64,000 bases of DNA from assembly GCA_001661245.1 (NCBI GenBank), contig KV454011.1, positions 461,498-525,497 on the forward strand, given 5' to 3'. Positions 24,027-36,395 of the stretch are shown one piece after another. Numbering within the stretch: the stretch's first letter is position 1; each line of letters starts with the position of its first letter. The translations under genes were made by a program, and so were the position numbers. Below the pieces are notes generated by a model, which worked only from the letters and a program-made list of their open reading frames with translations, was not told the origin of the DNA and searched no databases. Source of the stretch: Pachysolen tannophilus NRRL Y-2460. Its lineage: Eukaryota.

Positions 24027-25865
24027 TCACAATTCACTTTCATCATCAGCAGCAACTTCTTCTGTATGATTTCCAATTCTTTGTAAAAAATCTGCTTCGT
24101 CTTTCCCTCTTTGTAAATCTAACATCTCCAATATTGGTAAACTTATGATTAATACAATCCACAAAAACCAAAAACAATGTCTAATATTATGTGTCTTATC
24201 AGTGATTAATGCCACAACCAATGGCCCAATAATTGAGCTACCTTTATCTGTTATTTGGAAAAGAGCAAAATACATACTTTCTTTCCCCTTTGGAATTAAC
24301 ATTGAAAATAAGGATCTTGAAACGGCTGCAATACCACCTAGAGAAACTCCATACCATACTGCTAATATGAAAATTTCAAAATTATGTTTTAATCCAAAAC
24401 TTTGAAAGAAAAACCCTAAAATACCATATAATGGAATTAATGAAGACCATATAATAATAATTTGTAATAATTTTTTCAATGAAAGTTTTAAAAAAGGTTG
24501 AATATAGTTTGGAATCACATAAGCACCTACTATAGCACTTAACATTGTTAATGTACCTACTACTGCTAATTGTAAAGTACTCATCGATAATTCTGTTTTT
24601 GCAAATAATATTGCTGTTGAATTTATTGTTGTTAATGAGTCAGATATGATGAACCATGAAGTTAAGAAAATAACTATATCTTTCAAGCCTGATGCTTGTC
24701 GAATGGTCTTACTTAAAGTTGACCAACCATATATTATATACTCATATGAGATTTTTAAATTATTCAAAATTGTTAATACAGTACTTTGGGATAATAACTT
24801 CAGAAGTAAATAATTTCCTTGAAAATGTTTGTTAATGGTTTGTGAAGTTATAGGTTTAACAACTAATTCTTCGTTTGCTCTTTTAGATCTTAAAAGTATT
24901 AACACTGGAATTTGGAAAATAAGCCACCAAAATCCAACAAAACATATAGCAACTTGAATTGGCCATATAGATTCTTCTGAAGAATTTGAAGATGAAGATG
25001 ATTTTCTTTTAAATTTAAGAATTACAAACATTGTTGCTAATTGTACTAATAAGGCACTTATGTAACCAGCAGAAGCACCATCACCACTAATTTTAGAAGA
25101 TATTTGACCCCTCAATAAGCCATTATCATCATTATTTGACTTTAAAGAAGGGTGACCATTTGCCAATATAGGTAAATAAGAATTACCACAAACATTTACC
25201 ACTCCAAAAAATGCATTAGTAACAATAGATAATAACGAAGAAGTATAATACATCTGTTCATCAATTAATATGAACATCATTGTTAACAATCCACCTATTA
25301 CTGCTCCACCAACTAACAACTGTTTTTTATAATGGCCTTTATCCGAAGCACCAGTTATACTTATCACAACAATAGTTTGAATAAAAACACTTATAGCAAA
25401 AGTGTATAATGCAAATGAAGAAGTATCCACATATATTGTTCCATTGAACATTGGCAAGACACATTTTTTCCATTTCTTATTAATTGGCATTGGTTGCGTT
25501 GGGGGCACTGGATCTGGTGGTTGTTCCAGTTTTGAATTACAAGTAATTGAATGATCTAATAATTTAACACCATTATCTCTTGCAATTTGTTCTAATAATA
25601 AAGGAACATAAGTACCTATACAACTTACAATAAAAGGTTCACAAGCCCAAGCATAAGCACACCAACCCAATATATCTGATTTAGTAGTATAATCTTGTTT
25701 ACCATTATGATTGATAATTTCAATCTGTTCCCTCAAAAGTGAAGATGCATTAACTCCATTATCTGGAATATGTGCTAAAAAAGGTTGATGCTCGTCAACC
25801 TCGTAACCTTCTTCCCCATATCCCCATTCATTATTTGAAGTATCAGAAGGTAAATTGACGGTCAT
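24027..25865 (-). CDS. ATG22: Vacuolar amino-acid effluxer Atg22 (MFS)
   Basis: GWCAYAWACEPFIVS, SRSLFSMLIPKGKE..FALFQITDKGSS, multiple TM segments. Confidence 0.92.
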   Translation of the reverse strand: MTVNLPSDTSNNEWGYGEEGYEVDEHQPFLAHIPDNGVNASSLLREQIEIINHNGKQDYTTKSDILGWCAYAWACEPFIVSCIGTYVPLLLEQIARDNGVKLLDHSITCNSKLEQPPDPVPPTQPMPINKKWKKCVLPMFNGTIYVDTSSFALYTFAISVFIQTIVVISITGASDKGHYKKQLLVGGAVIGGLLTMMFILIDEQMYYTSSLLSIVTNAFFGVVNVCGNSYLPILANGHPSLKSNNDDNGLLRGQISSKISGDGASAGYISALLVQLATMFVILKFKRKSSSSSNSSEESIWPIQVAICFVGFWWLIFQIPVLILLRSKRANEELVVKPITSQTINKHFQGNYLLLKLLSQSTVLTILNNLKISYEYIIYGWSTLSKTIRQASGLKDIVIFLTSWFIISDSLTTINSTAILFAKTELSMSTLQLAVVGTLTMLSAIVGAYVIPNYIQPFLKLSLKKLLQIIIIWSSLIPLYGILGFFFQSFGLKHNFEIFILAVWYGVSLGGIAAVSRSLFSMLIPKGKESMYFALFQITDKGSSIIGPLVVALITDKTHNIRHCFWFLWIVLIISLPILEMLDLQRGKDEADFLQRIGNHTEEVAADDESEL

Positions 25866-26970
25866 AATACATTCTATAATGAACCTATTAATTTGAAAAG
25901 AAATATAACGCGTACTTCTATTAAGGTCATATTATGGTAATTACAAAAACAATTAATTAGTAAATATATTTTTATATAGAACAGAGTAATTTTTACAAAT
26001 AGTAGGTAGTCTGCTAAATATCAAAATATCAACTATCATTTAACACATGGGACATAATGATTTAAAAGAGAAGAGCTAAAGCAGAGAAGAGAAGAGCAAA
26101 GAAAACTAATAATAACTCTAGAAAGACCATTGCTAAGATTAATATTAGAATTTTCATGGATTAAACATAGTTATGCCACGTTATCTTTAGTGGTGCTATT
26201 ATTATTTTATTTCTTAACTTGAGCTGGAATAATGGATATTCCTGAGGGGTATTTTTATTTCTTTTTTTTTTCCCCCTTGTATAGACAGACTTTACACAAT
26301 AAAAATTAGTTAATTTCATTCTTCGCCTTTTTTTTCCCTTTTCTTGAATTTATTTTTATTTCATTTGAAAGTGTAATAAGATCTTTCTTTTTTTTATGTG
26401 TGTGTGTTTTCAGCCAATTCAAAATCTCGACCTGGTCTCATTCTGCTTTCATTTCATTTTTTTTGCTTTTCTTTTACTTTTTTTTGGTAAAACATTTATA
26501 GTGTAATAGCCGCAGAGTATACGTCATTAAAACTCCCCTAATTCGAGGAAATAGGGGGCGTGCGGCTGGAATTTGTTAGTTTTTTTTTTTTTTTTTTAAT
26601 TCGAATCTTATTACTTAATATGTTGATGACTTCAAGTGCTGAAACGTTTGAATTGTGTTTAATTCAATAAAGTCAGAAGATATAGTCAACGAGCGGGTGT
26701 TAATTGTTTGAAAGTAAAGAATTGAAAATTAGTAATTTTATATTTGTTAACCGGTACGGTACCCAATCTTTTTTTTTTATTTTTTTTACCTCAATAGAGC
26801 AAAATGTAGTTTCCCCTCATTTAGTGAAAAAAGGTGAGACTTAATAACTTGATGAAAACAACTTTAATATATTACATAAATACATCTTTTTTATAATTCT
26901 TTAATAAAGATTTATTTTTTCTTTTTCTTTTTCTTATTTTTTTATTTTTGATAGGCTATTGTTGAATTCA

Positions 26971-26982
26971 TAATTTGTGGGG
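26971..26982 (+). promoter_or_regulatory. Mig1/CreA-like site (AT box + GTGGGG) upstream of the acetoin reductase gene
   Basis: TAATTTGTGGGG about 300 bp upstream of the ATG. Confidence 0.4.
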
Positions 26983-27284
26983 TTTTAACAATTTTACAAA
27001 AAAACATTAATACCGATAAATCATAGATACTAGGTTGAATTAATAATAATTATGTGTAACTTGATAGGGCTACAATTTAAACTTTTAATTAAGAAAAATG
27101 AATGATCAAGTCTCGGATCAAGTCTCGGCCAATTGTTTGACAAAAATAACATAAATAGGTTAGATCTTTCGTTGAATTTGATGTTTTTTTCTTTCTTGTA
27201 TCATCTATAACATTCTTATAGAAATTCAACTTTTATTATAAATATATTTTTTATTTTTTCATTTACGTTATTTTTTTTCAAAAC

Positions 27285-28070
27285 ATGTCAGGTATTGCTA
27301 GATCGGTTTTAGTTACAGGTGCAGCACAAGGAATTGGTAGAGGAATTGCTCTTCAACTAGCAAAAGATGGATTTAATGTAACTGTAGCAGATTTACTGAG
27401 ACAAGAATCTAAGGCAGCGGTTGTTGTTAAAGAAATTGAAAAATTAGGTGTTAAAAGTCATTTTGTACCAACAGATACTTCCAAAAAGAGTCAAATTGTT
27501 AATGCGGTTGAAGAAACTTATTCCAAATTTGGTAGTTTTAACGCTATAGTTAATAATGCAGGAATTTGTCAAATTAAACCATTACTTGAAGCTACTAAAG
27601 AAGAAGCTGATATTATTTATGATATCAACATTAATGGTGTCATGTACGGTATTCAAGCTGCAGCAAATAAATTTTTAGAATTGAAACAACCGGGTAAAAT
27701 TATTAATGCTTGTTCTATTGTTGCTCACAAAGCATTCCCTATCTTGGGATTATATTCAGCTTCAAAATTTGCAGTTAGAGGCTTAACTCAAGTTGCAGCT
27801 CAAGAACTTGCACCAAAAAAAATCACTGTTAATTCTTACTGTCCTGGAATTGTTCTTACACCAATGTGGGATTTAATAGATGAAAAATTAGCAGAAGTTA
27901 ATAATGTTCCAAAAGGAGAACCTATTAAGAAATATTTGGATACTATTGCCTTAGGTAGAGGTGAAACTCCAGATGATGTTGCTGGTTTGGTTTCATTCTT
28001 AGCCAGTGAAAAGTCCGACTACATGACTGGACAAAATCTTTTAGTCGATGGAGGTATGTTCCTAATCTAA
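27285..28070 (+). CDS. SDR-family acetoin/diacetyl reductase (BudC/ButA-like 2,3-butanediol dehydrogenase)
   Basis: [67 protein letters not shown]. Confidence 0.88.
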   Translation: MSGIARSVLVTGAAQGIGRGIALQLAKDGFNVTVADLLRQESKAAVVVKEIEKLGVKSHFVPTDTSKKSQIVNAVEETYSKFGSFNAIVNNAGICQIKPLLEATKEEADIIYDININGVMYGIQAAANKFLELKQPGKIINACSIVAHKAFPILGLYSASKFAVRGLTQVAAQELAPKKITVNSYCPGIVLTPMWDLIDEKLAEVNNVPKGEPIKKYLDTIALGRGETPDDVAGLVSFLASEKSDYMTGQNLLVDGGMFLI

Positions 28071-29840
28071 TATGAGCTTTATCATATATCTATATCTATA
28101 TATATATATATATATTGTTTGTTATAATCAGAAACGTAGTGTAAGTTCACTTAAAATTGAATTTTTTTGGTCATTACCATGTTAAAAAAGCGCTCATTTT
28201 TAAAGCGTGTTTTTTTTTAATAAAAAAAAAAACTCAAAAATTGAAGCTGATTTATCAAGATTAAAGAAAAAAAAACTAGAAACGGAACGAAATTTCTTCT
28301 AAATATCTATCTATCTATTTTAACTATGTATGTAAAATCCAAAACCAACTAAATAATTAATTTAAGATGTTGGTTTTGGAAAATGCAGAAGAGAACGGTG
28401 AAGAACGGCCAAAAAGAAAAATAAAAAAAAAAAAAAAAAAAGTCCCTTCCGCGATACTTTTTTTATATTTCTCATATAAACAACAACACCCTACCTACTT
28501 AGCATAGCTAGCATAGCTAGCATAGCGGTATTCTTAACTAGTTCCCCTAAGAAAGTAGGAGGGGTACTAGCATAACTTCCTGCGGCACCCCAATAGAAAA
28601 TCACGGTGTAACATTATTGTTTAGGAGTTAAGCGTTTTCAAATTCCATACATCTATTAGTAGAAAATATTAAAGATTCCGGTAGTTTACGTAGGTAATAG
28701 GAAAAAACAAAAGAAAAGAAAAGAAAAAAAGCGTTTTGCTTTGCTTATTAAAAGTGTGTGAAATTTCACATACAAAATAAACTAAAATTATATTATTATA
28801 CATGGAATAATAAATAGGAGGACGGAAAAAAAAAAAACAACGATCATCAATTATTTTAAAATGATCTGTCAACTGGATTTCGGTGAACAGATTCATAACT
28901 GTTTACTTCAATAATAACAATAATAATAACATCAACAACAAAAAGTACAATAATAATATAATAATAATAATATTTATTATTATTATTATTATTATTTATA
29001 TGTAAAATCCTGGAGTTTGCATCTATAGAAAGACAAAGAATTTTCTTTAAGAATACGGAGAAGGATGAAATTTATCAGCCGATTTCCATATTTAGACGTT
29101 TAGTACCAATCATAAATAATATTAAATAATAAATAATATTAAATAATAAAATAAGGGACTCACTTAAAGTCGTGTATATGTGCCTATGCATCTTTCAGCT
29201 AATATTAGGCGGGAAGATCAATTTGATCCGAACCTACCCGCCCATTTTCTTTCCCCAGCAACCTTCTGCACCAAATGCTAAAAACAAAGAAAGAATCTTT
29301 GAGGCCCTAGCAAAAAAAACATAAAAAAAAAAAAAACAAAAAAAAAAAAGAAAGCACAATTTGCGTTCCGTGGAAAGACATAATGCAATAATGCAATAAT
29401 GCACAAAAAACTGCTTACTCGAGGTCTCTCTTATTAAAGTTTCTCTGTTTAAACTATTACACTGATATTTCGTTAATATATAAAAATTTATATGTTTTCA
29501 TATATATACATAAATATATACATATATATATATATATATGTATGAATATAATATATATATATATGTATATTAATCCGTTTTCTTTTCGAAAAAAAAAAGA
29601 GAGTCGTAGTTTCATATATATTATTACTTATTATTTATTATAGTTCCTATTTATTTTATTGTCTATTTCGGGAACAGTTTTATTATTATCCCCAAATAGA
29701 AAAGACAGTATATTTAATTACGGAAAAATCACCGACAAGAGAATAACAAAAACCAAAAAAAAAAAAAAATTTAATAGTACAAGTTTTTTTTTTTCATATG
29801 ATCTCAGTTTTTAATGTGTTAAGAATATAATGGAGTCAAT

Positions 29841-32458
29841 ATGTCAACCGCTGACCATATAACTAACAACAACAGTAAGTACTTTTATTTCTATTCTTAA
29901 AAAGTGATGTGTGTTTCTTAAGTTTTCCCCTAGTCGCCGAAAAATTTTTTTTTTTTTTTTTTTTGGGTTTTTCCTTTTTCTGTATTTGTGAAGTATATAT
30001 AAAACTAACTTTTTACCCAATTTTTAACAATTTTTTTAAAAAATAATTAGTTGACAAACTTCATAATAATAGTAATAAATGTCATCATACAGCCAATGGA
30101 AGGCCAATACATAATATTCTTCATGGAACTACAACCGGCACAACCAATTATAGAATACAAAAGTTTCCTCATCCAATTTTAAAACGTCCGGTTACGAATC
30201 ATTCACAAGATCCCATGTCAATTTCTAGAAAGCCCCCCAGCTGTAATAATCTTCAAGTTTCCGCCGGCGCGAGCGCCCTCGCTTCGCGGAATACGACCAG
30301 TCATAATGGTGGTACTCGTGCTCATGCTCATATTGCTCACGCCGCCCACACCGCCAATATTTCACCGGCGGCCGCTGTGTCCGCCGCCTTGGCTCTTTCA
30401 GAAAAAAAACAAATGAATCAAAAGGATAGTAATGACAGCTCATCAATAACAATTAAGACAAGTAAAAAATGGGTTTTACCACCAAGGCCAAAACCAGGTA
30501 GAAAGCCGCTTTTGGGTGCACATTCTAGTAGTTCGACGTCACCGTCGCCATTGTCGTCGCTGTCACTGTTGTCACTGTCGCCGGCCGTATCTTCTCCTGT
30601 TTTGTCTGCAAATACAAATACAAATACAAATAAATCAAAACTGCAAAAGCAAACTCAAAAGCAAAAACAAGCACAAGCACAAACACAATCACAAAATGCT
30701 GAAAGTAGTACTGGAACAGGCTATGCAGAGCAGCTGAAAAGGAATATAGTCAAACAGGAGAATGTTCCTATTGCTCCTGCTCCTGCTCCTATTCATACTC
30801 ATACTCATACTTCTACATCTACTCCTACTCCTACTTCTAATTCTACACTTGCTTCTGCTTCTGCGTCTGTTTCTGCATCTGTTTCTGATAAGAATATGTC
30901 CAGATCTATTTCTTCTTCAAAGTCACCTGTGAAAGTACCAATTCCATCATATTCACCAGCACTGGAAACACAAAGAGTGCAACCTCAAAAAAATCAGTCT
31001 CCACTGCCATTGATTCTGGATACTGTGAAATCAAAAATCACCACAGTAAAACCTAAAGCTACATGTGGTGCAAAAAGAGGAAGAAAACCATCAAGTCTGA
31101 AAAATAAAGCAATTCAAGAACTGGTGAAAAGCAACCCATTAAAACAAGCAATTTTAAAAGTTAATGAGGAAAATTATTATTTGAAATTGGAAGTTATTAA
31201 ATTGGTGTCAGATTTGAAAAGTTTGAAAAATGAAGTCCAGGAGCAACAAAGACAGAAATCACAAGGTTTAGAAGGAAGTCCAGGCGATGATATAAATATG
31301 ACTATTACTAATCCTCAGAATCAAGTGTTGGATTCAGTTCCAATGGTTGGGAAGAGTAGTTCTAATCTCACTGAAAATAATATGACAATTTATAAACTTC
31401 ATGAATCAAATGATGGAAGTGTTGAAAAGGGAAAACAACAACAGCAACAACCACAAGAGTCACAAGAATCACAACAATTGCAAGAACAAAATTTACAAGA
31501 AGTAAGAAAAAGTAGGAAAAGAGTTCATGATGAAGATATAAATGATTTGATTGTTTCGTTGATAGATCTCAACCATTCTCAAAAACTACAAAAGAATGAA
31601 TTGAAAAATCAAGAAATACAACCTGTTTCACCTTTTACAAAAACACCTATTGATCAGAATCAAATGGGAGAGGAAGTTTTAATTGATCAGGCGCAAAATC
31701 TTAATGCTTCCCTTCAGAAAAATGTTGAAACTGTTGAAAATTTTAACAATGCTTCTAAAAGGCTGAAAGAAACTTTTAAACAGCCATTCACAAGAAATAT
31801 TCAGGAATCTACTCCAATGACGATTGACGGTACATTTGAAAATATTGCTAGTTCTCCAAATGATTTTGAGCACCTGCATATACGTGACGATGATTCAGCT
31901 GAAATTGAGTCATTGACTCCAAATTCATTACTTTCTTTGTCAAAGACAAATTCTACAATAGAAGATTTAGAGTTGGGTGAAAGTTATCACTATGGCCACT
32001 TACATGAGTCGTTATTAGGCAATGGTGATGACAACAAGAATAGGTTCAATAATTTGAAATTGTTAGACATACCTGAACTTGTAAAATTTGATTTAGACAA
32101 TGCAGCTCAAGGGGAGCAACAACAAGAGCAACTGAACTTACAAAAACAACCTAATGGAGTTAACGAAGGCGTTAATAATTTTGACTCAGATTTCACATTT
32201 TGGAAAGATGATTTATTGGGTGCAGCAGGTAGCACAAGCTCATCAAAAATTAAAAATAATTTGGTTTTTAATACCACTTCTACATTAGACGAATTAATTA
32301 TGAAAAGACAAAAGGAGAGAGAAGAAGAATTACTAAGATATGATGACCAAATTAATGATTTTTTAGATTTTAACAACAATAATGATAGTAATGACTTTTT
32401 GATTAATGATGATTGGACTTTAGATGAGTTTGACACAGAAAGTACATTCCTTATTTAA
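29841..32458 (+). CDS. Hap4/Hap41-like CCAAT-complex activator; predicted exons 29841-29874 and 30051-32458
   Basis: Hap4L motif TIKTSKKWVLPPRPKPGRKP, degenerate leucine-zipper segment, acidic tail, and no Cys clusters (so not HapX-type). The frame is open upstream of 30215 to a TAG acceptor at 30050, with GTAAGT donor at 29875 and AACTAAC branch at 30003. Confidence 0.8.
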
Positions 32459-33041
32459 AATTAGGATTTTGTCCTATTGTTATTTATATATATATCTGTA
32501 TATATATATATTTATTTATTTCCCGACTACTTATATTCTTGACGTTGATTATTTATGCCATTTGGATTTTTATTGTTTTTTATTTTTATTTTATTTTGGA
32601 TGTTTACTATATTACGTTTTGTATAGATATAATGATTAACGCTATAGAAAAAAGCTCTTTGTTACATCTACACTAACCATACTATTTGTAAGATATGTAA
32701 TAACATCATGGTAATTTAAGGACTAATTGAATACCAAGTTAAAATTTGATTAACCGGACGAGACTTTACCTCTAATTTACCGATTGAACCTAATTAAAGA
32801 CTAAATGTATCTCAAGATATATATGATTTACAGGTGTAATCTAGATTTTTCAACTACTTCATAAAATATTCGGATCAATAACGATTTTGTATACATATGT
32901 ATCTATTTAGTGATTGTTTCAAGTTTATTCTGTTGTTTTCATCTTCAAAAATTTTGGTAGTTAACCGATATGATCATTTAATACATTATTTTTTTTTTTT
33001 TTTTTTTTTTTTCGTTTTATTATTTCCTTAGTCAACTCTGC

Positions 33042-34361
33042 TTATTTCTGGAAGAGAAAGAGGATAACAAATATGAACCATGACACAACTACGGTAACGT
33101 TTGATGCAACGTAAACCCATGAGTTAGTGATTTCCCAACTTCTCTGATACTCATCATTTGCCAAATGGCGAACAGTTACAACTTTTCTATCTTCAATATA
33201 GCTTAAACCTGACCTTTTATAATTGGTATAGAAAGTGAACATGCCGTGTTGATCTGGCAATTTGAAAGATCCTGTAGTGTAAACTTGTGACTCATTTATT
33301 TCACTTTTTGGTTGTAAAGTTATTCTGTAATATGGATCAAGCATTCTAAGTTCAACTTGGACATCGTCTGCAATATAAGGAACCCATTCTTCACCATTCC
33401 ATTCAGTGATACCGATATCGTATACAACATCATCAGTTATCTTGTAAATTTCTTGGTTCGATTTATCATTCGAGTGATAATGTTCGACAAATGTTGATTT
33501 AATGACACCTTTTGCTTGGAAACACCAATCTATTATATCATTAATAAGTTTACCATTTGTTTGGTAAAATTTGTCTGATAAGAAATCTGAACTACCTAAC
33601 CACACAGTACGAGCATTATTACGAGATTGTAAGCCAACAACGAAAAAACTTTGAGTACCCGAACTCCAAATGCTTTTGGCTTCAAATTCACCATCTTTGT
33701 TTATAGTATACGATGTTGAAGGAGCCTCTACAATTGGAACCAATAATTGACCATTACTCAAGAGAGCTGATGATCCTGAATAAAGTAATTCATTAACATC
33801 TTCTGAAACAATGAGTTCATTTTTAATATTCTGTTTTGCAAGTTTCAATACATCATGAGTTTTTGAGCCTAATTTTGAATCAAAGTTAAAATGATCAACT
33901 GTTTTGTAATTACGGGGACTTGGATAAATACCTATCTGGTTAAGGTAAATATTTACATCATCTTGTAGTCCGTCAGGAGAAGTAATAACCATAATGTTAC
34001 CACCTTCATTCAGAAACTCAATTATTTCAGCTGCAGAGACTTCTTTACCAAGTGTCTTCATTTTTGATGGGAAAATTATTAAATTTTGATATAATCTTTC
34101 ACTGTTGACAAATAATTTCAAATTTTCAGACCTGGATTCTTCACCCAAGTTGAAATAGTTCAATTTATACTCCTTGGATTCTAAATCCTCTAAAAATTTT
34201 GAATATTCATCTTGTAACGAGTTTATTATTCTATCATCATAAATGATCAAAGTAGATTTGTCTGGTAAAACTGATTTCCTCAAACCATAGACAAAACTGT
34301 TTGACATTAATAGAAACAACACCACTAATGGGCTTATTACACTCTTAATTGACTTAATCAT
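33042..34361 (-). CDS. WBP1: Oligosaccharyltransferase beta subunit
   Basis: Signal peptide, QSRNNARTVWLGS, DDVQVELRMLDPYYR, LPDQHGMFTF, VRHLANDEYQRSWEITNSWVY, C-terminal TM. Confidence 0.95.
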   Translation of the reverse strand: MIKSIKSVISPLVVLFLLMSNSFVYGLRKSVLPDKSTLIIYDDRIINSLQDEYSKFLEDLESKEYKLNYFNLGEESRSENLKLFVNSERLYQNLIIFPSKMKTLGKEVSAAEIIEFLNEGGNIMVITSPDGLQDDVNIYLNQIGIYPSPRNYKTVDHFNFDSKLGSKTHDVLKLAKQNIKNELIVSEDVNELLYSGSSALLSNGQLLVPIVEAPSTSYTINKDGEFEAKSIWSSGTQSFFVVGLQSRNNARTVWLGSSDFLSDKFYQTNGKLINDIIDWCFQAKGVIKSTFVEHYHSNDKSNQEIYKITDDVVYDIGITEWNGEEWVPYIADDVQVELRMLDPYYRITLQPKSEINESQVYTTGSFKLPDQHGMFTFYTNYKRSGLSYIEDRKVVTVRHLANDEYQRSWEITNSWVYVASNVTVVVSWFIFVILFLFQK

Positions 34362-34458
34362 GTTCTTTAGTCTCTCTCCAGTTGCCTTAATTGATCAAGA
34401 TTCTTTTTTTTTCAATTCAGTTATATTTCATCCATTAAAGAAACTTCACTGACGAAGT

Positions 34459-34466
34459 TGACGTGT
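34459..34466. promoter_or_regulatory. UPRE/CRE-like TGACGTGT in the WBP1 promoter
   Basis: Motif about 100 bp upstream of an ER glycosylation gene. Confidence 0.4.
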
Positions 34467-34706
34467 TTACTTAAAGGCGCACTGGTGAAAAATTGGTTGA
34501 GTGTCCGCACACGACTGTTTTTTTTTCACACAAGCGAAGAACAACAGTTTACGACCGACGAGAACAGTTCAAAACCGACGAGGAACCGATGAGGAACAGT
34601 TGAAGAGAAAGATGAAAGGCAGGAGTGAATTACGAGTTAAATCCCCACTAGTTGAGTTTTATTCTCTTTCTATATAAAAAAGTATATACCACAATGCAAT
34701 TGAATA

Positions 34707-36350
34707 TCAAGAAATAGTACAGTCAATTAATCCTAATCCATACATGATCTTATCAACATCTTTTTCTATAAGACTCCAATCTGACCTTCTAGTAACAAAC
34801 TCGTAAATCTCTTCTTGATTGAAAATTCCATTTTCTCTACCGAGTTTGATAATCAACTTCCCGATATCTTTTGAATTCTCGCTATCAATCAAATATAGCT
34901 GTGCAATGGATTTTAAAACATTGAAATAGTTCAACACAGGTTTAATTTTCAAATCTGCGAAAAACTTGTAGTAATAGTTTAAATCTGATATAAGTATTAT
35001 TGCACCGGTATTAGAAATTATTAATTTCTTGGTTATTAACTTGACCAATATTGAAAAAAATCGTTCACCAATTTCTTGTTGAAACACTTCCACTATTGCT
35101 TTATCAATGGATCCAGTTAACAAATTCATGTGGTTACTTAACAATTCAACAATCTTAAAAGCAGCTTTTGAAGGAACACCTAATTCTATTTTTTTCTGTA
35201 AAATATCCTTTTCGGTTAAATTATAGTCACTTTCATTCAAATTAGTTACAATCACATACCCAACTTCGTTGATTAATACATCTATAGATACATTTAAGCC
35301 ATCTGCAACGTAATTATCCAAGATATTTTCAAATTTCTTGATAGACTTCTCACATTTGTTTATCAGCAAGAAATCTTTCTTTGTTTTATTTTCTCTTCTA
35401 ATAATACTGGAATTAATAAGCTCTTCACGGTAAAAGACTGAAATCATTTGTTGTACTAAATCACCAACATTGACTAGCTCTATAAAATTAATCAATGGTT
35501 CAACGGTGGTGTTTGATTTTTTAAATTCAGAAGGATTATAATCTTTTAATCTCAGTATAGCGTTATCAAAACCAAATTTAATATGTTCATCCATTAAAAC
35601 ATTTAACATATCATTGAACATTTCCTGGCAAACTAAATTAACTCTACGGATTAAACCATTGTTAATATAACTTGATGAAGGAGGACTATATTCCCCAACT
35701 TTCTTTTTCTTTGTATTTTTTTCTACGTCAGCATGATGAGTTAAACTTATTAAAAGTTGAATATTTTCTTTCAAAAGTTTCAATATAGTAATAGATAAAT
35801 CTAAAGAAATTAAAGATTTAATATTATTCAAATTTGCTGTTAAAATTTTCAAATTAGCTTCACTTTTTGTTAAAGTTTTATTGTTGCTGCCATTACTTCC
35901 AGTAATATTACTTGAAGTTGTAGAACTAGTAGCACTATTTTTGCCCACTTTGAAAATTTTGTTGAATCCATTAAATATATCCAAGTTTAAAAAATTTTTG
36001 TTGTTTTTATCACTATCTCTATTAACAGAACTCAAAATGTCCACTGTTTGACTCATTTCATGTTGTCTTTGAGCTTTTTTCCAATTTTCAATCAATGAAA
36101 TAAAACTTGAATGGCATTGAGTAGGCAAATTATCTATAAACTCAGAAAGAAATTGTTCATAGTAAAAATCTACCAACTCAATTACCAATTTTCGATAGTC
36201 TATCACTGCTGGTTTAGATAAGTTTAATAAATTATCATTACTGGGATCAGGCAGTTGCATTGGTATTTCGGTAAGCGGATAAGACAATTTTTCAAAAGTG
36301 GTGACAATTTTTCTATAAAGATATGGAACCATTTGAAAATACAAATCCAC

Positions 36351-36395
<45 letters not shown>

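Noticed and set aside
28499..28526. (TAGCATAGC) x3 and scattered (TA)n, (AAT)n and poly-A/T tracts
   Set aside because: Ordinary microsatellites, abundant throughout this window.
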